The translations under genes were made by a program, and so were the position numbers. Positions 1 through 8,757 of a DNA stretch of 64,000 nucleotides are shown piece after piece. The notes under the pieces are model-generated. The model worked only from the letters and a program-made list of their open reading frames with translations. It was not told where the DNA came from and ran no database searches. The stretch is from Ferruginibacter sp. (GTDB lineage: Bacteria; Bacteroidota; Bacteroidia; Chitinophagales; Chitinophagaceae). How positions within the stretch are numbered: position 1 is the stretch's first letter; every line of letters begins with the position of its first letter. The stretch spans positions 595 through 64,594 of the forward strand of contig JBKJPN010000204.1 in NCBI GenBank assembly GCA_046595125.1, written 5' to 3'.

Positions 1-3
1 GAA

Positions 4-1380
4 GTGGCGAAGGAAGATGGGGGACCTCCAACCGATCCTCCGGTTAACATAGAAGTAATTGGTGATAAGTTTGAAGAGATTGCCAAGGTTGCCAGTAGTC
101 TTCAGAATTATTTAGATACAAACCAGGTATACGGCATCGAAAATTTGCGGATGGATGTGGATCTTAATAGTCCGGAAATAACTGTAAACGTAGATCGTGA
201 AAAAGCAATGATGGAAGGGTTGAGTACGGCACAGATCGGAATGGAAATTCGTACTGCTGTATTTGGAAAAGAAGTAAGTAAACTAAAGGAAGGAGAGGAT
301 GAATATAAAATTCAGTTGCGTTATGCCGACCTTCAGCGGAAAAATATCACCGATGTAATGAACATGCGTATTACATTCATGGATATGAATACCATGATGG
401 TAAAATCGATTCCCGTGAGTGCGGTTGCCTCCATCGATTATACCAATACCTCTGGTGCTATAGCCCGTAAGAACGTAAAGCGGACTATTCAATTACAGTC
501 AAATGTGCTTGATCCTACATTGACCGGGAAAGTAAATGCAGAACTTGCTATAAAGATTGCCGACTTTAAATCGAAGAACATGATCCCAGCTGATGTAACC
601 ATCAAACAAACCGGGCAAGGTGAGCAGGAAGCAGAAACAAACAGCTTTTTGATAAAAGCCTTCGTTCTTGCGCTTGGGTTGATATTCTTGATCCTTGTAC
701 TGCAGTTCAACTCTATGAGTAAACCATTCATTGTATTAACAGAAATATTCTTTTCGGTAATTGGTGTATTGCTTGGATATGCATTTACAGGAATGACCAT
801 TGCGACTATCATGTTATTGGTAGGTGTAATCGGTTTGGCAGGTATAGTAATTAAAAACGGAATCTTGTTGATTGAATTTACCGATGAATTGCGTGGGAGA
901 GGTGTTAAGACGAGGGAAGCGGCCATACAGGCCGGCAAGATTCGTATCATTCCGGTATTGTTAACAGCGTCGGCAACAATGCTCGGGTTACTACCACTAG
1001 CAGTAGGGTTCAATATTAATTTCGTTTCTTTCTTTCAGCATCTGAATCCCCATATTTTCTTTGGTGGCGACAGTGTGGTATTTTGGGGACCTTTAAGCTG
1101 GACAATAATCTTTGGTTTAATCTTCGCTTTCTTCCTCACATTGATTATGGTGCCGAGTATGTATATTATCGCCGAAAGATTGCGCAGGCCTATGGAAAAA
1201 TTCTACGGAACAAGATATGTTGCCATACTTGGTTTTGCCGGTCCGTTCTTCTTCATTTTTGTAGGTATCATGTACTTGGGTAGAAGATTGCAGGGTAAAA
1301 AAGTATGGAATGGACAGCAAAAAGAAAACCAGAATAGGGATGATAACGGAAATGACCTGTTACCAGATTACAATACATAG
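4..1380 (+). CDS. Efflux RND transporter permease (AcrB family), C-terminal part, 5' truncated by window
   Basis: Periplasmic subdomain sequence followed by TM helices with GIVIKNGILLIEF and RIIPVLLTASATMLGLLPLA motifs. Confidence 0.9.
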   Translation: MAKEDGGPPTDPPVNIEVIGDKFEEIAKVASSLQNYLDTNQVYGIENLRMDVDLNSPEITVNVDREKAMMEGLSTAQIGMEIRTAVFGKEVSKLKEGEDEYKIQLRYADLQRKNITDVMNMRITFMDMNTMMVKSIPVSAVASIDYTNTSGAIARKNVKRTIQLQSNVLDPTLTGKVNAELAIKIADFKSKNMIPADVTIKQTGQGEQEAETNSFLIKAFVLALGLIFLILVLQFNSMSKPFIVLTEIFFSVIGVLLGYAFTGMTIATIMLLVGVIGLAGIVIKNGILLIEFTDELRGRGVKTREAAIQAGKIRIIPVLLTASATMLGLLPLAVGFNINFVSFFQHLNPHIFFGGDSVVFWGPLSWTIIFGLIFAFFLTLIMVPSMYIIAERLRRPMEKFYGTRYVAILGFAGPFFFIFVGIMYLGRRLQGKKVWNGQQKENQNRDDNGNDLLPDYNT

Positions 1381-1396
1381 TTAGAAATATTTGTTG

Positions 1397-1430
1397 AAAA
1401 TGCCGCTCATTAATTGAGCGGCATTTTTTT
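1397..1430 (+). terminator. Intrinsic terminator after RND gene
   Basis: AAAATGCCGCTCA / TGAGCGGCATTTT 13-bp stem then T-run. Confidence 0.85.
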
Positions 1431-1580
1431 GCAGTTAATTCAAGTTAACCGGCGACGGGATTTTACGCAACCCCATCGGCGTTTTTAACCCTGGCGGCGG
1501 TTAATAAAAGGAAACACCATTCATCATAATTTTATGATTTCCTTTTTCCTATTGATATTAACTTCACATAAAAATCAGCC

Positions 1581-2369
1581 ATGATAACAAACCACGAAAT
1601 TGATTACAAAATTTACGGAGAGGAACTTCAGTTTGTAGAAATTGAATTAGACCCCAATGAAACGGCCATTGCCGAAAGCGGAGCCTTTATGATGATGGAT
1701 AACGGCATTGAGATGAACACCATCTTTGGTGACGGAAGCCAGCAACAGGACAATAGTCTGCTCGGCAAATTGTTTAGCGCCGGTAAAAGACTGCTGGTAG
1801 GAGAGAGCTTGTTTATGACAGCGTTTACCAATACCGGTCAGGGAAAAAAGCGGGTGAGTTTTGCAGCACCGTATACCGGAAAAATAATTGCGTTCGATCT
1901 GTCGCAACTGGGCGGCAAGATCATTGCTCAAAAAGATGCCTTTTTATGCGCTGCCAAGGGTGTAAGCATAGGCATCGAATTTCAACGCAAGTTGGGTACC
2001 GGTATTTTTGGCGGCGAAGGATTTATAATGGAAAAACTAGAAGGCGATGGAATGGCTTTTGCGCATGCAGGTGGCTATGTGATTGAAAAAACATTGCAGC
2101 CAGGTGAAATTCTGAAAGTAGATACCGGTTGTGTTGTAGCCTATACAGCCAATGTAGATTTTGATATTGAATTTGTAAAAGGTATTAAAAACTGGATGTT
2201 TGGCGGCGAGGGTTTATTCTTCGCAAAAATGACCGGACCCGGTAAAGTGTGGTTACAATCACTCCCAATAAGCAGACTGGCAGGCCGTTTACAGCAATAT
2301 ACATATAAGCGCAAAGAGGAAGGAAGTATTTTAGGAGGCTTGGGTAATTTGTTAGATGGAAGGGAATAA
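1581..2369 (+). CDS. TIGR00266 / AIM24 family protein
   Basis: AESGAFMMMD, GESLFMTAF, GGEGFIMEKL, GGEGLFFA repeats typical of AIM24. Confidence 0.88.
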   Translation: MITNHEIDYKIYGEELQFVEIELDPNETAIAESGAFMMMDNGIEMNTIFGDGSQQQDNSLLGKLFSAGKRLLVGESLFMTAFTNTGQGKKRVSFAAPYTGKIIAFDLSQLGGKIIAQKDAFLCAAKGVSIGIEFQRKLGTGIFGGEGFIMEKLEGDGMAFAHAGGYVIEKTLQPGEILKVDTGCVVAYTANVDFDIEFVKGIKNWMFGGEGLFFAKMTGPGKVWLQSLPISRLAGRLQQYTYKRKEEGSILGGLGNLLDGRE

Positions 2370-2501
2370 GTTGTTTTAAAAACGCAGGTAGCTTTGCCAA
2401 AGTTCTAAACTTTGGCAAAGCTTTAAGATGCAGAATATTTCAAAGTTAGGTTTGCCACCTGACTTTTTTATTTGAAAATATTTGGTGACTTGATTTTATT
2501 A

Positions 2502-2517
2502 ATCGTATATTTGCGAT
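2502..2517 (+). promoter_or_regulatory. ars promoter -7 element (TATATTTG 2506-2513) overlapped by an imperfect palindrome, probable ArsR operator
   Basis: ATCGTATATTTGCGAT; TTTG at 2481-2484 as -33 element; 14 bp before arsR ATG. Confidence 0.65.
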
Positions 2518-2531
2518 ATAAGATTAAATAT

Positions 2532-2867
2532 ATGGCTATTCACAAAAAAGAAGCATTCACACAAAAAGAGCAGGATTTGGCAGCATTTGCCAAGGCACTA
2601 GCACATCCGGCACGAATTGCCATATTGAAATTACTGGCGCAGAAGAACGAATGCATCTGCGGAGAGATTGTAGAAGTGTTGCCGCTGTCGCAGTCTACCG
2701 TATCGCAGCATTTGAAAGAGTTAAAAAATGCCGGACTGATTGACGGAAATATTGATGGGCCACGTAGTTGCTACTGCATCAACTGGAAAGCATTTGAAAA
2801 ATTTATGGGTGAATTCAGTTTTCTATTTAACAAACTTAAAGTGCAGAATGAGAAGGCTTGTTGCTAA
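2532..2867 (+). CDS. arsR: ArsR/SmtB family arsenic-responsive repressor
   Basis: [18 protein letters not shown] metal site, [14 protein letters not shown] helix, C-terminal CC; ATG 2532 preferred over TTG 2472. Confidence 0.9.
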   Translation: MAIHKKEAFTQKEQDLAAFAKALAHPARIAILKLLAQKNECICGEIVEVLPLSQSTVSQHLKELKNAGLIDGNIDGPRSCYCINWKAFEKFMGEFSFLFNKLKVQNEKACC

Positions 2868-2876
2868 AAACCAATG

Positions 2877-2982
2877 CCCCCTCCGCCCCCTGAAGGGGGG
2901 AACTTAGCTTAGCGGAGAATATGATTAATATTAAAAAGTATTTTTAACCGCTCCGGTAAAAGCCCCTTCAGGGGTTTGGGGC
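2877..2982. repeat. Inverted pair of REP-like GC palindromes between arsR and arsM
   Basis: CCCCCTGAAGGGGGG near 2886-2900 and AGCCCCTTCAGGGGTTTGGGGC at 2961-2982 share CCCTGAAGGGG in opposite orientations. Confidence 0.6.
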
Positions 2983-2996
2983 TTCAAAAAAACGCC

Positions 2997-3854
2997 ATGA
3001 ACAACGAAACACAAATTAAAGAACTCGTAAAAGAAAAGTACGCAGCTATTGCGGAGCAATCGCTGGATCAAAATTTAGCTTCCTGCTGCGGTGCTACATC
3101 ATCTTGTGGTGGTGATGAAGTGTATAACATCATGAGTGATGATTATACTAAAATGGAAGGATATAATCCTGATGCTGACCTAGGGCTTGGCTGCGGATTG
3201 CCAACCGAATTTGCAAAAATTAAAGCGGGTGATACCGTGATTGACCTTGGCAGTGGTGCCGGTAACGATGCTTTTATTGCACGAAAAATAGTTGGTGAAA
3301 ATGGAAAAGTTTTAGGAATTGATTTTACCGAAGCGATGATTAACAAAGCCAGAGCCAATGCAGAAAAACTGAATTTTAATAATGTTGAGTTTCGCTTAGG
3401 TGATATTGACGATATGCCTGTTACTTCCAACTACGCTGATGTAATTGTAAGCAACTGTGTACTAAATCTGGTTCCAAATAAACACAAAGTAATCAGCGAA
3501 ATTTTTAGGGTATTAAAGCCTGGCGCTCATTTTTCCATTTCAGATATTGTTTTAGAAGGAAACCTACCCGCTAAGTGGAAGGAAGTTGCCGAATTATATG
3601 CAGGCTGTGTTAGCGGTGCCGTTCAAAGAGAAGTGTATCTGGAAATGATTGAAGCAGCTGGTTTCCAAAACATAGTACTTCAAAAAGAAAAGGAAATTAA
3701 AATACCCGATGATATTTTAAAGAACTATTTATCGGAAGAAGAAATTGCTACCTATAAAAAAGGCGGTACCAAAATCACCAGTATTACTGTATACGCCGAT
3801 AAGCCTGCAAAGGATGATCGTAATTGCTGTGAGCCGGGGAGTGGCTGCTGTTAA
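2997..3854 (+). CDS. arsM: Arsenite S-adenosylmethionine methyltransferase
   Basis: SCC, LGLGCG, VIDLGSGAG SAM motif, SNCVLNL, AGCVSGA (four conserved Cys regions); follows arsR. Confidence 0.92.
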   Translation: MNNETQIKELVKEKYAAIAEQSLDQNLASCCGATSSCGGDEVYNIMSDDYTKMEGYNPDADLGLGCGLPTEFAKIKAGDTVIDLGSGAGNDAFIARKIVGENGKVLGIDFTEAMINKARANAEKLNFNNVEFRLGDIDDMPVTSNYADVIVSNCVLNLVPNKHKVISEIFRVLKPGAHFSISDIVLEGNLPAKWKEVAELYAGCVSGAVQREVYLEMIEAAGFQNIVLQKEKEIKIPDDILKNYLSEEEIATYKKGGTKITSITVYADKPAKDDRNCCEPGSGCC

Positions 3855-3902
3855 ACCGGTGAATCACCCCCCAAAGGGTGGCTCACCGCCAAAAAACTAA
3901 TT

Positions 3903-4298
3903 ATGAAAATGAAACTGCTTTTTGTTTGCGTTGAAAACAGCAACCGCTCTCAAATGAGCCAGGCCTTTGCGAAAATGCTGGGCGGCGAAAATGTTGAAGC
4001 CTACAGCGCCGGCAGCAAGCCCAGTGGTATTGTAAACCCAAAAGCCATTGCGGCTATGAAAGAACTGGGTTACGATTTAAGCAAACACGATAGCAAAAGC
4101 CTGGATGAAGTAAAATCTTTTGCTCCCTTTGATGCGGTGGTAACCATGGGCTGTGGCGATGCTTGCCCTTGGATGCCAGCTAAACAATTTGTTGATTGGC
4201 AGATACCAGATCCGAAAAATATGGAGCCAAAAGAATTTAATGAAGTAAGAGATTTCATAAAGAATAAAGTCAAATCTTTAATTGAAGAACTTAAATAA
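3903..4298 (+). CDS. arsC: Arsenate reductase, LMW-PTPase fold
   Basis: CVENSNRSQM P-loop, TMGCGDACP redox Cys pair, WQIPDP. Confidence 0.85.
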   Translation: MKMKLLFVCVENSNRSQMSQAFAKMLGGENVEAYSAGSKPSGIVNPKAIAAMKELGYDLSKHDSKSLDEVKSFAPFDAVVTMGCGDACPWMPAKQFVDWQIPDPKNMEPKEFNEVRDFIKNKVKSLIEELK

Positions 4299-4333
4299 AA
4301 CAAGGCCAGCATTTTTAAATGCTGGCCTTGTTT
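4298..4333. terminator. Bidirectional terminator between arsC and the Bax inhibitor gene
   Basis: 17-bp perfect stem AAACAAGGCCAGCATTT / AAATGCTGGCCTTGTTT between convergent genes. Confidence 0.85.
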
Positions 4334-4355
4334 ATCTTCATCTAATAAATGTCTA

Positions 4356-5123
4356 TTAATTCCTGCTGCTGATTTTGCTTAGCAAACGCAAAATTTCAAG
4401 ATACAGCCATACTATAGTTACCATCAGGCCAAAAGCGCCATACCATTCCATATACTTTGGAGCGCCCAATTCAGATCCTTTTTCAATCATATCAAAATCA
4501 AGAATTAGATTTAGCGCTGCAATGGCCACAACAAAAAGTGAAAAGCCAATTCCAATAACGCTTCCCTCATGTAGGAAAGGAATATTTATTCCAAAGAAAC
4601 CAAGTCCAAGTGAAATCACATAAAATATAGCAATGCCTGCTGTGGCAGTAACAATAACTGCCCTGAATTTTTCAGTGGCCTTTATTATTTTGAAACTATA
4701 CAACAGGTACATAGCTATTGCGGTTCCAAAAGTCAAGCCAACAGCATTCATAATAATCCCCGGAGCAATTTCTGAAAAAGCAGCATGATAGTAAGCCGAA
4801 ATGGCGCCTACAAATAATCCCTCAAGCAACGCATAAGCAGGAGCCAGAAAAGGGGACCATTCTTTTTTAAATATCATCACTAATGCAAGTACCAGACCGC
4901 CAATAGCGCCGCCCCATATATATAGCTGTGCATTACTTCCGCCACCTAAAACTTCCTTCCAGGCGTAAAAGGCAGTGCCCATCAACATTAGAAATAAAAA
5001 GCCAAATTTTTGCAAAGTACCATTAACGGTCATCGCGTTATCATGCGAAATCACATCCTGTAAAACAGAATCTTTAAACCTGTTTTCCGATAAGGTCGGA
5101 TTGCCCGATTTGAATAGAGACAT
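4356..5123 (-). CDS. Bax inhibitor-1 / YccA family membrane protein
   Basis: Seven hydrophobic segments; LDFDMIE and WLYLEILRLL motifs. Confidence 0.88.
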   Translation of the reverse strand: MSLFKSGNPTLSENRFKDSVLQDVISHDNAMTVNGTLQKFGFLFLMLMGTAFYAWKEVLGGGSNAQLYIWGGAIGGLVLALVMIFKKEWSPFLAPAYALLEGLFVGAISAYYHAAFSEIAPGIIMNAVGLTFGTAIAMYLLYSFKIIKATEKFRAVIVTATAGIAIFYVISLGLGFFGINIPFLHEGSVIGIGFSLFVVAIAALNLILDFDMIEKGSELGAPKYMEWYGAFGLMVTIVWLYLEILRLLSKISSRN

Positions 5124-5168
5124 AGTTGTGTTTTTTAAGGTATAAAAATAATGAATATTGCATAATTA

Positions 5169-6050
5169 TCATTCTGCTTTTTTCAAATAGGGGTATTTAC
5201 TTACTACTTCAAAATTGTATTCATTTTTAGCTTTAAGTTTAATAATAAACTGGCGCAGTTCTGCAGAATCGCAGGGGTCTTGATATACCTGGTCGTGGGC
5301 AAGTAACACCAAGTGGTCAGTTGTTTTTGTTCTAGCATGGGTAAACATACTATCAACTTGCAACATCATTTCATCGCTGCTGTTCTTCAATTTAAAGTTA
5401 CTGTCGTAATGCCATTCTAGGTCCCAGCCGGCAACAATAAATCCATTAGCAAAAAGTGAGTCGGCTGTCGCCGCTGACGATTTAATATCGGTACTGTTTA
5501 TCGAATTGGTACGCCAGATATTACGCCCCGGTGTGCGGATGATATTTGCTGTTAAACGAAGACTATCGGCACAACGCTTAAAATCTTTTACAACGCTATC
5601 GGGCACCTGGTAAAACTTGGCATATTTATTTTGAAAAGCATGAGTGAAACTGTGATTAGCAATTTCGAAATATTTACATTTAACGATGCTGTCGAAAATG
5701 GCGGTTTGTTCCTTGCTGCCATAAACATGTTCACCAACAATAAACAAAGTAACCGGTATCTCCTCATCCTGCACAATGTGCATCATGTTTTTAGTGCCTT
5801 TATTGGGCCCGTCATCAAACGTTAGGTAGATAGTTTTCTTTTTCTTGTTCGGCGTATCGGCTTTAACTACTGCAGCAATAACTGTATCTGCTTTGGCAAA
5901 TTTAAAGGCTGCGGAGGTTGTTGATGTTTCGGTTTTGTAACTGTAACATGCGGAGAAAGCAACGGTCAAAAAGGTTGTTTTTGCAAGTTGTGCGGTTGCC
6001 TGTTCCATTAACCTGTAAGGGAAGTAGGCGTTGACTGAGTCGGGGTCCAT
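5169..6050 (-). CDS. Polysaccharide deacetylase (CE4/NodB) family protein; start uncertain
   Basis: IYLTFDDGP, EIANHSFTH, RTPG, WDLEW, LAHD motifs. Confidence 0.82.
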   Translation of the reverse strand: MDPDSVNAYFPYRLMEQATAQLAKTTFLTVAFSACYSYKTETSTTSAAFKFAKADTVIAAVVKADTPNKKKKTIYLTFDDGPNKGTKNMMHIVQDEEIPVTLFIVGEHVYGSKEQTAIFDSIVKCKYFEIANHSFTHAFQNKYAKFYQVPDSVVKDFKRCADSLRLTANIIRTPGRNIWRTNSINSTDIKSSAATADSLFANGFIVAGWDLEWHYDSNFKLKNSSDEMMLQVDSMFTHARTKTTDHLVLLAHDQVYQDPCDSAELRQFIIKLKAKNEYNFEVVSKYPYLKKAE

Positions 6051-6186
6051 AAAAGTTGGGATAAATAATTTGAAATATGAAGATAATAGTAGCGACAATC
6101 GGTTTCAAAATATTGGCTGTTAAATATTGTATAAAGCCCAACAACGTTTTTTAAGACTCTGGTAAACCGGCAATCTCCAAGTTCCT

Positions 6187-6194
6187 TATCTTTG
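6187..6194 (+). promoter_or_regulatory. -7 promoter element of pheS
   Basis: TATCTTTG matches TAnnTTTG, 4 nt before the ATG. Confidence 0.7.
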
Positions 6195-6198
6195 CGCC

Positions 6199-7221
6199 AT
6201 GGACAATCTGGTAAAACAAATAGAAGCGCTAAAACAGGAAATAGTGGCTTTTGCTGATGCTGATGCAGAGGTTTTTCGTATCAAGTACCTGGGCACTAAG
6301 GGTATGGTAAAAGCCATCATGGGAGAAATGAAAAATGTGGCTGCCGAGGATAAAAAACAAGCTGGCCAGTTATTGAATGAGTTTAAATTATTTACAGAAG
6401 CCAAACACGAAGAGTTAAAGTCTAGTTCTAACAACGGTCAACAAAAAACGGCCAACGAATTTGATTTGAGTTTGCCCGCCGACCCGTTGCCATTGGGCAG
6501 TCGTCATCCTATCAGTTTGGTGAAAAATAAAATCATTTCTATTTTTCAAAGGCTTGGTTTTGCTGTGGCTGAAGGGCCCGAGATTGAAGATGACTTTCAT
6601 AATTTTACGGCACTTAATTTGCCGGAGAATCATCCTGCCAGGGATATGCAGGACACATTTTATATTTCTCAAAATCCCGATTGGCTTTTACGCACACACA
6701 CATCAAGTGTACAGGTACGTGAAATGCAAAAGGGCAATGTGCCCATTCGTATTATTTGTCCGGGCCGTGTGTACCGCAACGAAACCATCAGCGCAAGGGC
6801 ACATTGCTTTTTTCATCAGGTAGAAGGATTGTACATTGCCGAAAATGTTTCCTTTGCCGATTTAAAACAAACGCTGTACTTTTTTGTACAGGAAATGTTT
6901 GGTAAAGATGTGAAAGTTCGTTTCCGTCCCAGTTATTTCCCCTTTACCGAACCTAGTGCCGAAATGGACATTAGTTGCCTGATATGTGGAGGCGAAGGTT
7001 GCAGTGTTTGTAAAAAAACAGGATGGGTTGAAATTTTAGGCTGTGGGATGGTACATCCCAATGTATTAGATAACTGTGGCATCGATAGTAATAAATACAC
7101 CGGCTTTGCATTTGGTATGGGTATCGAAAGAATCACCATGCTCAAATATCAGATTAAGGACCTGCGTCTGTTCAGCGAAAACGATGTGCGGTTTTTGAAA
7201 CAGTTTACCTCTGCGGTTTAA
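6199..7221 (+). CDS. pheS: Phenylalanine--tRNA ligase alpha subunit
   Basis: HPARDMQDTF, LLRTHTSSVQVR, FHQVEGL, YFPFTEPS, GFAFGMGIER. Confidence 0.97.
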   Translation: MDNLVKQIEALKQEIVAFADADAEVFRIKYLGTKGMVKAIMGEMKNVAAEDKKQAGQLLNEFKLFTEAKHEELKSSSNNGQQKTANEFDLSLPADPLPLGSRHPISLVKNKIISIFQRLGFAVAEGPEIEDDFHNFTALNLPENHPARDMQDTFYISQNPDWLLRTHTSSVQVREMQKGNVPIRIICPGRVYRNETISARAHCFFHQVEGLYIAENVSFADLKQTLYFFVQEMFGKDVKVRFRPSYFPFTEPSAEMDISCLICGGEGCSVCKKTGWVEILGCGMVHPNVLDNCGIDSNKYTGFAFGMGIERITMLKYQIKDLRLFSENDVRFLKQFTSAV

Positions 7222-7391
7222 ATTTTCTATACGGCACTACTTTAGTGCAATCAATTAATTTATAGCTCGAATCATTACGATTCACAGAATTATGTAAGTC
7301 CGAAATGCTGGTTTGGCATCATAATTGACTTTACCGTATTTGAACGCAGAACTGCGTCAAACATTCCTGTATAAAAATAAAACTATCAAAA

Positions 7392-7880
7392 ATGAGATTC
7401 TTAAGCGGCAGTTTAGTAATGCTATTATTTGCACTCACATTAAGTTCATGCTCGGTATCTAAAGAAGCCCGCAGTATGAAGAAGACTATTAACGGCGACT
7501 GGGTGCTTCAGACCATTACCACAGAGGGAATAACTGGAGTAGCAAAAACAAAAATATTTAATGAAGCTGAATTTAGTTGCTTTATCGGTAGCCAGTGGAA
7601 TTTCATTTCTAACAATAGTATGGGTAGTTATTCTCTTATCGATAAGGGATATGGTTGTCCTGTTTTAAAGCGATATATCCGCTGGTCTATATATGAGCCA
7701 AAAGACTTGCCCGGAGAATTTCAATTTAAAAGACTTGATGATAAGAAAAATTCCATGGACAATGGCGATGGGTACAGGTTATCAATTTCTGAACTGAGTA
7801 AAAACACGATGAAGCTCAGGTCTGATATTGTATTCAGCGGACATTCCGGAGCAATCATTTACAATTTTACCAGAAAATAA
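7392..7880 (+). CDS. Lipocalin-like lipoprotein
   Basis: Lipobox LSSC; INGDWVLQ N-terminal lipocalin-like motif. Confidence 0.65.
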   Translation: MRFLSGSLVMLLFALTLSSCSVSKEARSMKKTINGDWVLQTITTEGITGVAKTKIFNEAEFSCFIGSQWNFISNNSMGSYSLIDKGYGCPVLKRYIRWSIYEPKDLPGEFQFKRLDDKKNSMDNGDGYRLSISELSKNTMKLRSDIVFSGHSGAIIYNFTRK

Positions 7881-7904
7881 TTTATTTATTAAAAACTGAT
7901 TTTT

Positions 7905-8624
7905 ATGAAAAGAGTATTAGGAAATATGAGCTTGATAATGGCCGTTGTTATGTTGATGGGGACAAGCTGCAGCACGGTTAAAAAAACAAATAAAGCACAA
8001 AGAGGAGCTGTAATTGGAGCCGCTGGTGGTGCGGTTATTGGTGGAGTAATTGGCAACAATGTGGGCAATAAAAACAATACCGTATTGGGAGCAATTATTG
8101 GTGGTGTTGTGGGTGGTGTTGCCGGCGGTATTATTGGTAATAAGATGGATCGTCAGGCGGAAAAAATAAAGAATGAAATACCGGGAGCTGATGTGCAAAG
8201 AGTGGGAGAGGGTATCATTGTAACATTTAGCGAAAAAAATCCAGATGGCTCAAAAATGGGTGTATATTTTGATTTTGATAAATCAGAAATAACATCAAAT
8301 TCGAAATTAGCACTTGACAAACTGGTTCAAATATTTAATGAATATTCCGAAACCAATATTTTAGTGGAAGGACATACAGATGATAAAGGCAGCGATAGTT
8401 ATAACCTTGCTTTATCAGAGCGCAGGGCCCAGGCGGTTGGCAATTATTTGAAGCAACATAGTGTTAGTTCATCAAGACTAACCGTAAACTGGTATGGTGA
8501 AGCACAGCCTAAAGTAGAAAATACTTCCGATGCCAACCGTGCTGAAAACAGGCGGGTTGAATTTGCCATTACCGCAAATGATGCAATGAAGGCGGAAGCA
8601 AAGAAAGAAGCTGGGGGAAAATAA
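7905..8624 (+). CDS. OmpA family lipoprotein with glycine zipper
   Basis: Lipobox GTSC, GAVIGAAGG zipper, FDFDKS, VEGHTDDKG, NLALSERRA, NRRVE. Confidence 0.93.
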   Translation: MKRVLGNMSLIMAVVMLMGTSCSTVKKTNKAQRGAVIGAAGGAVIGGVIGNNVGNKNNTVLGAIIGGVVGGVAGGIIGNKMDRQAEKIKNEIPGADVQRVGEGIIVTFSEKNPDGSKMGVYFDFDKSEITSNSKLALDKLVQIFNEYSETNILVEGHTDDKGSDSYNLALSERRAQAVGNYLKQHSVSSSRLTVNWYGEAQPKVENTSDANRAENRRVEFAITANDAMKAEAKKEAGGK

Positions 8625-8644
8625 TTTTCTCAATAAATACTCTG

Positions 8645-8684
8645 ATGCATTGTTGTTACTCAAGTAACTGCAATGCATTTTTTT
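8645..8684 (+). terminator. Intrinsic terminator after ompA-like gene
   Basis: ATGCATTG..GTTACT / AGTAAC..CAATGCAT stem then T-run. Confidence 0.65.
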
Positions 8685-8757
8685 ATGGCAGTTAACTGTC
8701 TTGTGAAAACTAAGGGAGATATAATATCTTTACCGAAATTTAAACACAAATTCATTG

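Noticed and set aside
7222-7391. Short hairpins after pheS as a T-box or riboswitch
   Set aside because: The stems are only 5-9 bp, lie downstream rather than upstream of pheS, and have no T-box or riboswitch consensus.
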